From NCBI GenBank assembly GCA_951406725.2, contig OX597814.1, positions 120,156,001-120,220,000 of the forward strand: a stretch of 64,000 nt of DNA. The letters run 5' to 3'. A program made the translations under genes and the position numbers. Under the pieces are notes generated by a model. That model saw only the letters and a list, made by a program, of their open reading frames with translations, made no database searches and was not told the DNA's origin. The stretch comes from Octopus vulgaris (taxonomy: Eukaryota). This document shows, piece after piece, positions 24,348-39,674 of the stretch (position 1 is the stretch's first letter; the number at the start of each line of letters is the position of its first letter).

Positions 24348-27316
24348 ATTACTATGAAACCCAATCCTGTTTCTCTGCATTACTATCTACCTTTCAGCAT
24401 ATTGGTCCTCAATAATGACTTTGAGTTCATGTTCAAATTTTTCGAATACCACTTCCTGTCTTCTATACTGAGCATCTATTTATCTTGTCTGATGACTGTA
24501 TACATAACCTATCTATGTGTTTATGTATGTAGGTTTCTGCCTTTGTGGCGATATCTTTCATACGCGTACCCACCATAGTATACAATGAACAGTATTCTTG
24601 TAAAAAAAAAAGAATAGGTTTTTATTGATATTAGTATAGTTTAGCGTAACTATATGATATACTGTCGTATGTCCCCTGATTAATACAATGAAAATTTAAT
24701 CCTGATTTATTACTTGTAAATTATTAAGTAGTAAAGTAGAAAATGTGGAACATATTTCAACATCTATTCACTTTCTTCAAGGAATTGTGTCTAATCTGAT
24801 AATCTGAAATGTTTTCGTATTAACCCTTGTCCTTTAAACCTAACATCGTTCTCAATTCAGAATATCCAAGCAGACACAGAAACTATTGATTTTCTTTAAC
24901 ACTATTAAGATAGCACCTGAAAACATTTACTTAAAACTAATTCCCAGAGCTTTTCGCCAGTCCAACCCCCGGTTATTTTGTATTCCCTGATGTTAACATT
25001 TATCATATTAATGCGATAATGCTGAAAGGATCTCCCAATATGTTCAATACGTGAGAACCAGCTAATAAGAATAGAAAATAGAATAGTATTCAACACTCAC
25101 CTTCGCACTCAGAACCCTACTTCCGTACTCAAAATTATCTGTAAATACAACGCTTATCAACACATTAACGTATAAAGTATGAAGCATTTAACATCTTATA
25201 ACGTGTATATTATTCTATTACAGCTTTGCGTAATATTTAAGAAACATGAACTCTATCACGCTAAGTGCGTGCAGCCCGATTTAACGTCCACTAATTTACA
25301 ATTTAATCCACCTGAATGAACGTTCTCTTGACTGCAAATGTACTTTTAAACGGATTATTTATTGTGATAAGCAAACCTCAAACACTACTTCTGATTCATA
25401 GATCGGTTGAACTTAGATTTCATTCAAAATACGTTACAATCAATATTTTACAATTTTCGCCATTATCAGGAAAGCGTAGACAAGAATTTCTCTGTATTTA
25501 TCAGGAATATTAAATCTAATAACTTAAAATGTGTCATCAAATGGAGACTAATACGCTTTGCTAAAACCTATAGCCTATTGAACTGAACGTGTATGCTTTC
25601 CATTATGGAATTTTATATAATGTTATTTACCAATCTTTCTGGTTTGTATTAAGTGTTGTCGCCTTCTTGTGAGCTTAAATCACATAGAATTTTGAGATAT
25701 TTGTGATATTTGATCTTTAACAGACCAAATATCTGAAGATAATCAATGGGAATGCTTCTCCTTCTCAAACGACATATATTAGAATAAAATATATTGCTTA
25801 ATTGAACATTTTAGTCATACAATCAAACATCTAACTGATGCGTTTTTTAATACGACTGAAATATTTCTTGTCCGTTTAGAGACATGTATTGAGAATGTGT
25901 GTTCAAATGGAATCAGTTACAAAGTGGAATATCAGCTTCAGCCATTTAAAGGTACATTCACACACATAGATAAACAGACACAACACACCTACACGCGAAC
26001 ACTCACGCGCGCGAAAGAACACCCACTCAAAAGACATTTGAATTTTCTGTGAGAGTTGTTTGCGGAACATGTTACCCATGGAATAGGTTAAAATTGATTT
26101 CGAAATTTTTTTGTTTTCCTTTTGTGCATTTAAAATTGTATATAGTCTCTTGAGCTATGTATGTGTCTCGTAATAATCGTTTACTGAATAATTAAAGATA
26201 ATCTGTCGTTCTTCGTAATTTAAATGTGTCTACTCTGATCGCCCAACCTACTTTACGAATACCACATCTATACTTGCAATATTTTCTTCTTTCTCTCCTT
26301 CGTTATTTTTTCTATCATATAATGAAACTTTTTTTTCCCCTCCGCTGCTCTACGTACGACATTTCCACATCTCTAATTAACATTTTATGTGCAGTGTTAT
26401 ATAAAAATATTTCTCATTTTAATCTGTTGATTCTCTTTATGCATCAATGGGAGATTGTAATCACGAATTTCTTCAGTGTTGATCAGCATTCAAATTGCCG
26501 GGAACTGTGTACACATATACTTTAAGGTATGGCGGTGCGGTCAGTTAAGAAACTTGTTTTGCAACCACGTTCATTCTCACCGCGTGGCAACTTGGGTAGT
26601 TGGTTTCTGCTGTAACTCGTCGCCAACTAATGTGATATTATTAGGCGGAAACTACTTGGGAGCTTATATATGTGTGTGTGTGCATTTAAAATCCTGTATA
26701 CTGTCATCTGCTGCCACACGCCATCAGGCAGCAAAATTATTTGCTGAGCGGGATAAACATGTGGAATTCTGCTAATGTGGGGAAATTTATACAGAAATTA
26801 TTAAGACAACATTTCACATGTCAATAAAGTCCAGCATGTTATCACACGTCATCAATTATATTTAAAATAACATTTTACAGACTGTAATATATGTATATCA
26901 TTTTGAACATTGTATATTTTCCTAAATTCTAGAAGTAATCGATTGACTGAAGAAATCTTCAAATCATTAAAATTATTATAATTTTTACACCCTATATGTG
27001 AACGACAATATTAACTTACTATAATTCATCAGCTTATTGTAAATTACATTTTCCATATAATAAAATTATCGATATCGCTTGGAACCCTATATTTTCTTCT
27101 AATCTCTAAGTGCTTATTTTTACTTCAATTTCTAGAAAATAAATTATAACCGTCATTTTATTATCATTGACAAGTTCAGAGTATTATAACCGTCACCTAA
27201 ATGTCATTATAATCACGACATACATGCAAACAACGATATTAACTTGTTACGTGTCATCAACTTATTTTAAAGTACGATTTGAGAACATGAAAATGTGAAT
27301 ACCATACTGAATTTTC

Positions 27317-27319
<3 letters not shown>

Positions 27320-27363
<44 letters not shown>

Positions 27364-27407
27364 ATATATGTATATAAACATATATATATACACATATATA
27401 CACACAT

Positions 27408-27444
<37 letters not shown>

Positions 27445-27535
27445 CATATATATATACACAAACACACACTCTCATATACATATATATATATGTACGTATG
27501 TATGTATTGTGTATGTATGTATGTATGTGCGTATA
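27320..27535. repeat. Compound (TA)n/(CA)n/(TATG)n microsatellite
   Basis: Direct reading. Confidence 0.93.
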
Positions 27536-28199
27536 CACAGCAGAGTAAGCACATGAATGTGAAACAAGGTGGAGAATATGTTACTCGAATAACAGAGGTA
27601 GAGTAATATGCTTTATAGGTAAAGACGCAAAGACATCACAAAAAATGTTACTCAGAGTTTCCCGTTCGGACAGTCTTTCTGATGAATTAAATGTACATCA
27701 TGTATATATGAATGTGAATATTTGCTTGGTATCAAAACTCATGATATATAAGCTTTTCATATTACCGCGATTTTACACAATGTAGCTATGTATCTAATGA
27801 CTGATTACATTTAATAATATTTGTATCATATTAGAAGGATATTTCTTTCTGATCCCACTAATGTCTGGCTGCCCGCTGAGCTAAATACTTCGCATGATGC
27901 GTTGCAGCTGGCAGAGTGGCAGAATCGTTGGAGCGTCGACAGAAATGCATTGTAGTATATAATCTGCTTCTCTATTTTTTCATTTCAAATCTTAACTGCA
28001 TGGAGAAGGCAACAGGAAACCACTACAGGATTCATCTCATGTTTATCATGATCGTCTATCCTCAAGTAATTTAGTTAATTGTGAAGGGGGAAGATACGAG
28101 CCGTTCTATGCCGTGTTGAAAATTCTGGAGAAGATTCAACTGCACAGGACTTTCCCAAGATCAGACCATCACTAGACTAGATACATACATACAAACATA

Positions 28200-28264
<65 letters not shown>

Positions 28265-28314
28265 TCTTTGCTATATATATAATGTCTTTCGTTGCTTCTC
28301 GGTTTTATACTAAA

Positions 28315-28709
28315 CTAGCAGTATCGCCCGGCGTTGCTCGGGTTTGTAAGGGAAATAACTATATAAGCATTTTTAGAGATGTAAAGTATAGTAGCCATCT
28401 CACTATGGCTAACCACAAATGGGGTGTGTTACTGTAGCTTTTTACGTTCTGAGATTTACTAATAAATATTTAGAGAGTTACTTCCCATATATATGCCAAA
28501 AATGCATTCAAAATAGGAAAAATTGTTGGTAATTTTTTTTAAAATCGTACACTCATCGTAGACGCGCGCTAATGCCCAGAAGGGCTCGATATGAATCACG
28601 ACTATAAGATACCCGGCTTTGGTTAAACTGCACCGCAAAATGTGGGAGTAGTTAGGAATCTAAATCGTAGGAGACAGACAGCACACAACCTCACTTTTAT
28701 ATATAAAGA
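28315..28709 (-). mobile_element. Non-autonomous Helitron
   Basis: Minus strand begins A|TCTTTATATATAAAAG and ends with hairpin CCCGAGCAACGCCGGG then CTAG|T. No TSD. A second partial copy lies at 56665-56796. Confidence 0.85.
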
Positions 28710-29850
28710 TTAACACAATTTTAGCGGGACTGAAATCAAGGCCGGAATATATTATTTCCAGTTCATATCCTGCTGAGAGAGGGTTTATTTATTTCTGAGA
28801 TGGTAAAATTACTCCGAAACACTTTATCTGGTAGTCAGTTGACATTATTCGGTGTTCGATACCATATTACACGCAAAATCTATCGAAATTATTTATTTAC
28901 CGTGATGAAATTCCCCTATGAGTGCATTCGATGCCTCGTAACAGGAACGTAGCAAAATATGCAAAGACATTTACAGTGACGCACATACATATAGAGGAAC
29001 ATATTTATTTACATTAGATATACGTATGTGTATGCACATTCCTATATTTTTATACAAATTATTGAAGAAGACTTCACACGTAATAATTCATATGATCTTT
29101 CATGTGTGTAGGTGTGTCCTTGCACCCACGTTAATGTTATTTCCTAAACGCATTTCTCTTATAGTTGTTTCACCGCTGTCACTCTCATATCCTTGCACGC
29201 GCATTACTTATATCTTTATGCATGAAATTACAGGCTTTTTAAAATTTTCTTTCCAATTATATATCTAATTAGCAATTTGTCATATATTCATCTCTTCTTT
29301 TCTTTCTCTCTCTCTCCTAATTCTTTAACTTTAGTTATGTGAATTTTCACACTGCTTCCGTAGTGTTTTTGTTGCTGTACTTTCACTACGATTTCACATA
29401 ACTTAAATGTGCGCGTATACTACTCATTTGTTGTGGATTTGTCAGTATTATCTCTCTAAATATATGACTTCACTTCTTGGACTGAGACTATAAATATTTG
29501 TAAAACAGCAGTTTTTCTCATTGTAAACTATCTAAAGGTAATTTCAACGAAACTAATAATATTAATTCTGACGCTCATTGTGTCATTATCAGCTCTACTC
29601 TAATGAATATAATTATACCATTTGTATTTCTAATATTAATCTACAAATGTTTTAACAATATCTACACGGATACTTCCTACATCTAACATATAAAAAATTT
29701 TCATTGCGTAAATTGAGTTTTATAATATATAAAAACATTTAAAACTTTTATTGACAAACATCAGAATTTAATATCAGTGTATATTTAATTATATGCTCTC
29801 GAATCTATTTACAAATTTGAAACTACTTCATCAATTTCAACATTGATATC

Positions 29851-29910
<60 letters not shown>

Positions 29911-32900
29911 AATGCATTCGTTCATGTTCAAACCCATAACATGGCAATTTATGTGTTCAGTAATTACTTAGGTAAAAAACATTTCACGTCGTTCTATTAT
30001 TTTCAGAACTTACAACCCTTCCAGCTACCATTGTTCACCAGTTTATCAACTTAGTCTACGAATTCAAAATTCACATGTATAAATGACTGCAGCTATCTTA
30101 AAAAATTAATTGTGAACTAGAATAAATAGAAACATTTGTGAAGTGTCATGATAAATGCCAAATAATTTCTTAAATTTTATTCCCTCTGACAGATTATGTG
30201 GTCCTCATAGTGTAAATATTACGATTATTCATTTACTGCAGTAAATTTTATATTAAAACATTTTATGGATGTTAGAGAAGCTAAATCGCCATCGGAAACG
30301 TCCTTAAACAATTTACTAAATCACGTCGAGTATGACTTTTAAGGTGTCAATAAAATTTCAGAAAGTAAGGAATTATTAGAAAATATGCGCTTCAGTTCAT
30401 AAGTTAGAAATCTTGTATTATAGAACGTAAGATGGAATTTGAAATCGAGATTAATACGGAATCCATAAGTACAGTTTATCATATGTTTACATATCGTAAT
30501 TCTGCTTCATGATGAACTAGTCATTTGAATGTTTTTTTTTTCAAAGGACGCTAATTACTGATCAACGTTGTAATTATTTTGAAGAAAAATAATGTTACGC
30601 AACCGAAATATTAAATGTTTTTCAGAGACAAAAGAAACTGCGCCTTCAAATATTGATTATTTAAGTATTTTGTGGCAACATATACTTTAAATATTGTATA
30701 TCATATAACAAGATGAAAGCGTGTTGTTTGTTTATTGGGAGATTTAGCACTGGAAAGTATTTTAGTCGACACATATTTTCAAATTACTTTAGATTTGTTA
30801 GTTTGTATATCATTGTTATTGCACATATAATACACCTGAATTCCATATCAGTATTTTCCTCACGTAAACACGTCAAATGATGTAAATTTCATTATTTATC
30901 TTTAAATTAACATTCTTTTTTCTCCTTGTTTTTTTATACGTTCAAGTATATTTTGTCGGAAAGAATTCCGTAACGTAGAAAGAGTTTAACGACTTGTTAT
31001 TTTTCTCAATTTGAGTTTTCTGATCTATTTCTCTTTCAAAGTCTCATTGTACCCAACGAAGAGAATGAAGTATATCCATGCCTGAGGAATGGACACAGCG
31101 TATCAATATTTATGTTTATTGTGCTGAGTTTACTGGTTCATGTGGGAACAATATCTGCAGCAGTTTGCACTCTATTATTTCGCAACCAAACCTCCTTACG
31201 TTACAGAATCTGTCTCCAGTGGGTGAATAATGAAATAACTAAGAATTGATAAGTTTGGTAATTGCATATATATTACAGCGAAAGATCTGTTCTTAACATT
31301 CTTTGAATACTCTTGAATATAGTAATCAATGAAGACACTTCGTCCAGAAACCATTGAGAAATGCATGGGCAATCTCTTTTTGACTTTCACTTCTCTTTAT
31401 GATGAATTATGCATTTCTGTAAAACTGTTGGGGAAGGAGGAAATGACATGTATTACCAGATTCCAATCTTTGAATTCAATAAGTAGTCCAGAGTGTTTTG
31501 TGTTGTGATAGGAAAATGATCTCCAGGCCATATTTCGATTACATGCTTTCTCCATTTTGCATTCGTAATGCTTATATATATATTATATACATGTATACCA
31601 CAATCTAAGATTTTTATTCGTTGTTAAATCAACTGTAGCTAAGATAAACATCCTTTACCTTTAAATACATGATATAAACCATTAGATCATAAGTATAAAT
31701 GATTTACAGAAAATCATTTAGCTTTTGATATTCCTCCTCAGTGCCCTTCAGAAAAGTACAACAATCTTGAATATATACTTTATACATTAAAATACATGTT
31801 TTTGTCAGCTGAAAGTAAAAAATATTGAAATGGTAAATTGTATTGTGTAATCAATTTGTGTGGAAAGATATGAGGTGTTATTATCATTTGGCTCTTTGAG
31901 ACAGGTATGACGTCGCCATTGTGTCTCAACAATTTACAGAAATAGTAACATAAGGAAATTAACAGAAGTATTTGTGAAGTCAGAGTCTGTTTAACTAAAG
32001 TTTGCTGTTTTCTTTTAATTGTGAGTGTGTGTGTATGTGTGTGTGATTTCATCAAAGAATAATACTATATAAAATTATATACTGTCTTCTGAATTGTATC
32101 TTTTTTATTGCTTTTGGTGAATACCTTTAAAGCATTAAACTTATAGATTAGTTATTCTAAACTTTACTTAAGTGATCTTTGAAATATCAAAAGAAATATA
32201 GCTCCAAGTCCATTAAAAAAAGATCTAAAAGTGTTTATTGATCTAGAAACAACCCGACTAACTATTATTAAAGCAGCCATTCCTCCATATATTAGAAGGT
32301 AGTACACAACGTTTGCTGCAAAATTAATAGTTTTCGAGAATATGATGAGAATCTGCTATCTTTTCTTATATATCTTCAAAATATTTTGAATAACACACTC
32401 ATTTCAGTGTCTTCTAAAAGATAATCTTAAGCATGAAGAATAAAAATAAAATTATAAATATTATATACATGCCTTATTATATGTAAATACAGATGCACAC
32501 ATATGTGTACGAGCGTGTGCTTCTCTCTGTGTCTATGTAAATTTATTTATGTGTGAGTAAGCGAGTATTTTAGTGTGTGCAGCTATACAAATTCATGAAT
32601 AGGCAAATATCTTTTATATATTTATCAATGAAGAAACGTACATTAATATCGAAATAAATAATCTCCTAAAACTGACAAGATATATTTGCGAATAGTTAGC
32701 TACCATGTTGAAAACGTTATATTATCAAATTTTCTTGGGGATAGAACATAAAAATTCAAATTTACATTAAGTGAGAACATTTATAAAGTAAGTCGAACTG
32801 TACGTGATTACGATATTATATATGATAATATAAAAATAAACAGCAAGATCATATGAAAATATATAATACATACAAATACACAAACACGCACAAGCACACA

Positions 32901-33525
32901 CAAGAACACGGACACAGACACTTACACAAACACACACACATACACACACATATCTATATATATGTATATGTATATATGTATGTAAGTATGTATGTATAGT
33001 TTGTGTCTATGTATGTTCTTTGCTTAATTTATATTTCGTTCAGTGGCTTCGCCGAAGTAATGATGTACAGTAATGTGTATAGGTGGACTATAAATCTATC
33101 TATGAATATATCGTCTAGATTAAGAACTTGTTCTAATATGTGTGGCATATATTCTAATAAATATAAATATACGATATAATATTAAGAGTTGTCTGTAATT
33201 TTAGTAAATATATTAGAAGCAAATGTTGAATGAGTTATAGTGTCAACATTACATGATAATCATTTTTCTGCTAAATTCATCTTGTAATGTTCTCTCACGT
33301 TATATTTCCTCAATTACATTGAAAGATATTTACAACACGGAATCAATGAGAAATGACCGGTCGTGTCGGGCTGTTTCCAAATTTGGTCTTGCTTGTACAC
33401 GAGACAAATATATTTCATTGTTAATGTTGTGTTATTTAATTCCAGTATAGATGTACAGATGACATATTTCCATGCACATATAAGCAGAATCACATTCACA
33501 GATAATACATACACACACACATATG

Positions 33526-33566
<41 letters not shown>

Positions 33567-33572
<6 letters not shown>

Positions 33573-33670
33573 AACAAAGTATATGATGACTTCTAGTAAT
33601 GTTTATGATATATATATATATATATATATCATAAACATTACTAGAAGTCATCATATACTTTGTTCAATAT
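33567..33670. repeat. Perfect 104-bp palindrome with (AT)11 centre
   Basis: ATATTGAACAAAG...GTTTATG (AT)11 CATAAAC...CTTTGTTCAATAT, no mismatches. Confidence 0.95.
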
Positions 33671-36600
33671 GCCGCCTTTGCGAAAGTTTAAAGATTGTGT
33701 GATGTCAGAAGTGACACTTCATATTGTTTTCCTTGGCGCATTACTTAGCAGAGTGCACACATATAAACCATCACATGCACCATATCTATAACATAAGTAT
33801 GTAACGTAATTCTGTGAATTCATATATCATAATGTGTAGTAGAATTGTGATAAAATTCAATAAATAAAATTCATGTAATAATATTACTTATATTTCGAAA
33901 AATAAACCTTTCATATTTTCTAGATATACTTTAATAAAAAGTATATTATTTTACATAGATCATTTATTATATGCATTATATCTAGGTAATATATACATTA
34001 CGTAATTGTAAAACAAATCAATAAGTTTAGAAGTTGGTATCTGAAAATCGTGATTTCGAAATACATAAAAAAAAATACCATTTCGCAATATATTATTGAA
34101 AGTGTTTTTCATTATGTAATGGGCAGGGTAATTGTATTAGAATAATTTTCTTAACGGATTTAGAAAATACATGGTCATCACGTCGTTTAAGACTGACGCA
34201 ATTATTATCATATATGTTTTTGTTACAAAGTCTAGTGTGACTAAATTTGTATAAAGTTTTGGCACAGAGAACACTACCTATAGAGAAATATATCAGTCAA
34301 TGCATTGTCAGGATCACTAATTTTAAAAGGGACTTAAGTTCAAACATTCTACCTATAAATTATATGCACATTTGTACATTTTCCCCACTTTGCAACTAAT
34401 TTCTCCTTTCTTGCGGGAAAAGCGAGTGTTTATTGTTCTAATTCCCGATAAAGCGGAAGCAGATCAAGTCATGATCATCTCATATCTTTTTATATCTATG
34501 AATAAACTACTCAGTTTATCTTTCGTTCTGAAAATTTATAGGAGTGCGTTTAAGGAGATGTGTGTGCTATTTCTAATAGGTCTATCTCTCACGTAGAAGT
34601 CTCTTTATTTCTTCAGCACACTACTAGAACAAACACACAAATTACACTTCAGAAACGGGTTCCCAGAGTAACATAGCTGTTATTCTAGGAGAATAAGTTG
34701 GACCCAATAAAATCACTTAATATTCAGCTCAAATTGTTATTACAACCAAAAGTGGACAGGAATAGGAGAAAAGAGAAATGAAACGAAAGTACAAGACGTA
34801 ACAAGGAAAACAACTTAGATGGAAATGGGTCGATTAAATCCATTGTATAAAGCACATATATATTTGGTTTTCTGCCAAGATAAAGCAATCATGGTAAACA
34901 AATTTTATTCATTTTATACAGTTTGTAGATCATAACCTCTGCAAAAAAATGAACAGGAATTTTTCGTCAATGTCTGATGGTTAAAACGATGTTAAAATGA
35001 TTAACATTAAAAGCAAAACAAAAAGTACAACAAAGCATCGCGTATGAAATTACTCCGAAGGTAATATTTTATAAGTAGGCAAGAGAAAACTTCTGTAACA
35101 CCCAAACATCATAAAAATAGCTTGAAGGAAATTGATTGATTGTGAAAAAATAAAATATTGTCATCAATAATAATCATAAAATCATAAAATAGAAACGTAT
35201 GAGACAATGGGAGATCAAAAAATAAGTCCGAACATCAACAATACAGCGTATTCCCACAACTGTTATGTAGGAAAGTAAATAATACAGAAGCGAAGAAAAT
35301 AAAACATTAATTCATTCAAGGATTCGAAAGTTCAAAATGAATAATTCAAAATTGTAAATATAATCTAACAAAAGATATTATTCATAGCTATAATCAAATG
35401 ACTGGAAAACATATATTTATTTGGAGAAAGAGGGTCAGCTGAAATTAAAACATTTCAAAACAGTTATTCAAAAATAGTAATTCATTTCGTGTGATTAGCA
35501 TACTAAGTATTAGGTTTAATATATATTTGGACAGCAAAATAAATTTTGAAATGTTTTCTTTCTTTGAATAGGAACAAATTTAATTTCAAAAGAGAGGCGT
35601 GTATTTGTAAGTTGATTTAAAATGTTAAATCGAATATCATATCTATACTATCAGACGCAGAGAACTGAAATGAACTATCAAAATTACAAAACAATCAGCA
35701 TAAACCTCTATTAATTTAACTTGAGCATCTCTGTTAATTTTCGTTTATTTTTTCTCTCCTACCGTTATTTCTCCTCTGCCTTTTATCAGTTTTGTCAATC
35801 ATATATTGGCGCTTTCTGCATCCCTATCATACATTTAAAATGTGAGAAGGAAAATGTATGTATGTGTGCGTGTGAGTGATTGATTATGATTTTATATGTG
35901 TGGGTAACTTTAGCTTTTTGTGTCTATATGTAACAATGTGAGTATATGTATATATTTGTTTAAATAATAAGAGAAGACAAAATGTGCAACCGATTTGTTA
36001 CATACTTTTGTACATTATTTTATAAAGTGCAGATAATATTTAGGAAGCAAAAAGACCTTTCCAAATATTCAAATACCAAATCCGTGTCTATCATTAAAAA
36101 AATAGAGATATCCACATATTGCCATTCTACTAGTAAGAATGTGACCTGAATACATCGTTCACACGATCTGGCCAACATTCATGAAATAAAATCACTTGTC
36201 TCACAAAATGGAACTTATGTTTTACCAAACGACAACTTATTAGTTGGCATGTAGCAAATTCGCCGAGGTAATTAGCATGCGCAAAGAGCCTAAATACATA
36301 ACTCAATGTATTGTATTCTCCTCCCTAATGAAGACAACAAATCTCCACCTTATGGATGTGTATCATTTTTCTGTTTGATTGTGAGTGTATAAACAATATT
36401 CCGTAACTACTGAAGCCAGAATACATGCAGACTAGAAATGGCATTGGAAGAAATGAGTTATTTTTTGTAAATCCAGTATTTACTCCTTGTTTCCTGTCAT
36501 CCATTTGCAACGCATTAGGTATCTCTTCCATATAGGTGAAGAATATGAAAAATATAGATTGTTGCCCTATTGTCACACACATTTACTTTTTACCTCGTAG

Positions 36601-38592
36601 AGTAGTCGCTCTTAAGTAGCGGAAAACTCACTCTGCACTTTAGATGCCCCTAAAATATGTCCACTGAACTTACGAAGTCAATATGACTGATATTTGTTAT
36701 TGATTTTTGGGGGGGATAATTCAACTTTACTGCTTATTCATGAAGAAAACCATACAAATTGTTTGTAGCAGATTTTACATGGAGTCATATTAGGGCTTGG
36801 TAGAAATGAATCTTGAAGAATAAGAGGTAAAACTCATGTCTGCATGAGGAGAAGTAGCTAATATAAGAATAACAATGTGGCAGTATGCCACTTCCTCCTT
36901 TCGGTTTTCGATTAAATAGGGTAACTAGTGGGTGGAGTCTTTTAGATAATCTGTAACCGTTGTAATCGGTTGCAGCAACATCTAAATTATTTGAGCACTG
37001 CAAGTATTAAAAAGTTATGTAATATTTCTTACTAAACAGAATGTCATTCACTTATGATGCAGAATGAAGTATATCATATCTGTATGAATGATATGATGGA
37101 TTTCTTGACGTTGCTGAGACTTAAATTTATAATGTACATAGATATGAATGATACATAATTTTGTATTTGGGATTACATTACAAATCTTAATTAAAAATTC
37201 TAGAAAGTTAATATTCGAAAAGGTTGTTGCATCCCTGAGAACCGGTTCATTATTGAAAGTGAAATCATACAGAAAGCGTATGTCAGTTTTCAGGTGTTAA
37301 TTTCCAAGTTAGACAATCATTTGTTTTTTCTAGTATCAATTGGGAAGCTTCTGCTTTTCACCAGAATTAAAAATGAAGTAAATCTCTTGTGTTCCTGTCG
37401 CAATTTGTGCTATGGTCTCAAAGAAGCAAAACATATTGTCTATTTAATTTAAGTTGGTTCTGGACTTCAATACTATAGCCTAACATATCTTTCATATTTT
37501 AGTGGCCGGGCAGACTGTGGTTGTGAGATGGAACAAACTATATTTTAATCAATACGCTACTTTAAGATATAGAACACAATTCTATCGCAATAATTTGCAA
37601 GGGAAATATTTCTGGTGAGAATTTTAGCTAACAGGATATCCCGAGGTTTGGATGAAATTTTCCTTATCAAACTATGCTGGAATTTAGACTGAATATGGTT
37701 TCGCATGTTGTTTGCTATAAATGAATAGCAGTTTAAATTATATCTTGGAAACAAGAATTTTGTAAAATTCCAAGTAACCGTCTCAGGTAACTGGAGCATA
37801 AAAATTTATTCTTTTACAGTCTAGATCAGATGGATTTGTAGCAAGCTGCGTGATGAATGTGATGGGTAAGATATAAAAGGGCTTTTCGCGATGAATAAAA
37901 TAATTGCAACCGTGAGTATTTTCTTACGGATCCATATCCACGGCCAACATTTTATGACAAATTTCCTGCATAATTCACTTATAAAAATCAAAACTTTCTC
38001 ATACCTGCCATCATGTACCTGCAAAAATATGAAACTTAGGGTGCTATCTCGGCACTTCAGGACTGCATAGACACTATGATAATTATCCGAGACAATTCCA
38101 CCTACTTCTTCTGATTACTCTCTCTATCTCTCTCTCTCTCTCCCTCTCTCTCTTTCTCTGTCACAGACACACACACACATAGATATGAAACAGAAAAAGG
38201 ATTACAAATACAGGCGAATACTTTATACGCTCACCGTAGCGATCAACTTTGGCTAACTAAATTATTCAGTGAAAACCATTGAGATTTACATAGGCCGTAT
38301 AATTATATTCTGCTCCATGTCCATTTTGTACCATCGAAACATCGAATAAATTTAAGAAAGTCACAAAGCATAACTGCAAATACAAAATAATGGAGATTTT
38401 TAATCATCTTACGCGTCTCGAATTTATTGGCAAACACCAGAATTCTGTGAGGCAGTAATTATACATAATAATCTATTCCGTATTTGGTCGACTAGGTTTG
38501 ACATAAAGAACTTAATCTCCATATGGGCCTTGTCAAAGCTATACGTCCTTGTTTAGGATGGAGAACATTTTATGGCAGACAGATAGTAGTAC

Positions 38593-38896
38593 GTGGAGGA
38601 ACATGGCCTAGTGGTTAGAGCTGCGGACTCGCGGTCGAGGGATCGCGGGTTCGAATCTCAGACCGGGCGATGTATATGTTCATGAACGAAACACCTAAGA
38701 CCCACGCGGGTCCTGTAGAAAGTAATGGCGAACTTCTGCTGACTTTTCGCCACAACTTTCTCTCACTGTTTCATCTTACATCTTGCAGCTCACCTGCGAC
38801 GGACCGGCGTCCTGTCTAGGTGGGGAATCTATAATCCAAGGAAACTGGAAAACCGGTCATTATAAGCCAGGTGTGGCTCGAGAAGAAACAAACGGG
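38593..38896 (+). mobile_element. tRNA-derived SINE (OR-like head) with TSD
   Basis: A box TGGCCTAGTGG, B box GGTTCGAATC. 9-bp TSD TAGTAGTAC at 38584-38592 and 38897-38905. Confidence 0.88.
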
Positions 38897-39232
38897 TAGT
38901 AGTACCACTGACAGTATTTAACAAGTTTATAGGATAGGAATAAATTTCAGCAGGGCCACATCGGAATTGTATTTATCAGAAGAGGCTGGAATTGTATTTA
39001 TCAGGACAGCAGTTTGATAAAAATTGATATGAAATTTCACCTGTAAATTTGAAGATTGTTTATGGCAAAAGTTCTACCCTATTTAAACCCTTACTCTGTG
39101 TGGTGTGTGTGTGTGTCTGTTTGTGTGTATGCGCGTGTCTGTGTACACACACACTACACACATACACATATTTATATATATTTTTATACATACGTACATA
39201 TGACAGTAATAATACACACACACATATATGAT

Positions 39233-39233
39233 G

Positions 39234-39292
<59 letters not shown>
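39233..39292. repeat. (AAT)n microsatellite
   Basis: Direct reading. Confidence 0.95.
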
Positions 39293-39600
39293 TATAGGGA
39301 ATATAATTCCAACCTTATTACCATTACAGACCTGATGAGTGACTATATTTTTAAATAAAATTAATTTTAGATCGATTTAATTTTAAATCGAATTTATCTT
39401 ATTATTATTATCTTTTGAAAATATAGCCACGAAACTCGCGTAGTCAATTTACTACTATTTATTATTTATTGTTATGTACTTTATTGATTTTTAGAATAAG
39501 GTTTTTATAGTACATTTATTTTTCCTGTATAGTGTGAATAACGTCTTCCACTATTGAATTGCTTAAGAGAGGTTTTTCACTCAATCATATATGTATATAT

Positions 39601-39674
<74 letters not shown>

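Noticed and set aside
25101-25138. Possible 38-nt minus-strand exon (TTTACAG..AAG|GTGAGT; NFEYGSRVLSAK)
   Set aside because: Good splice signals, but too short and without homology; such signals occur by chance in 64 kb.
27640-27675. Minus-strand GAAACTCTGAGTAACA half-hammerhead
   Set aside because: No CTGANGA core upstream; at most a deleted relic.
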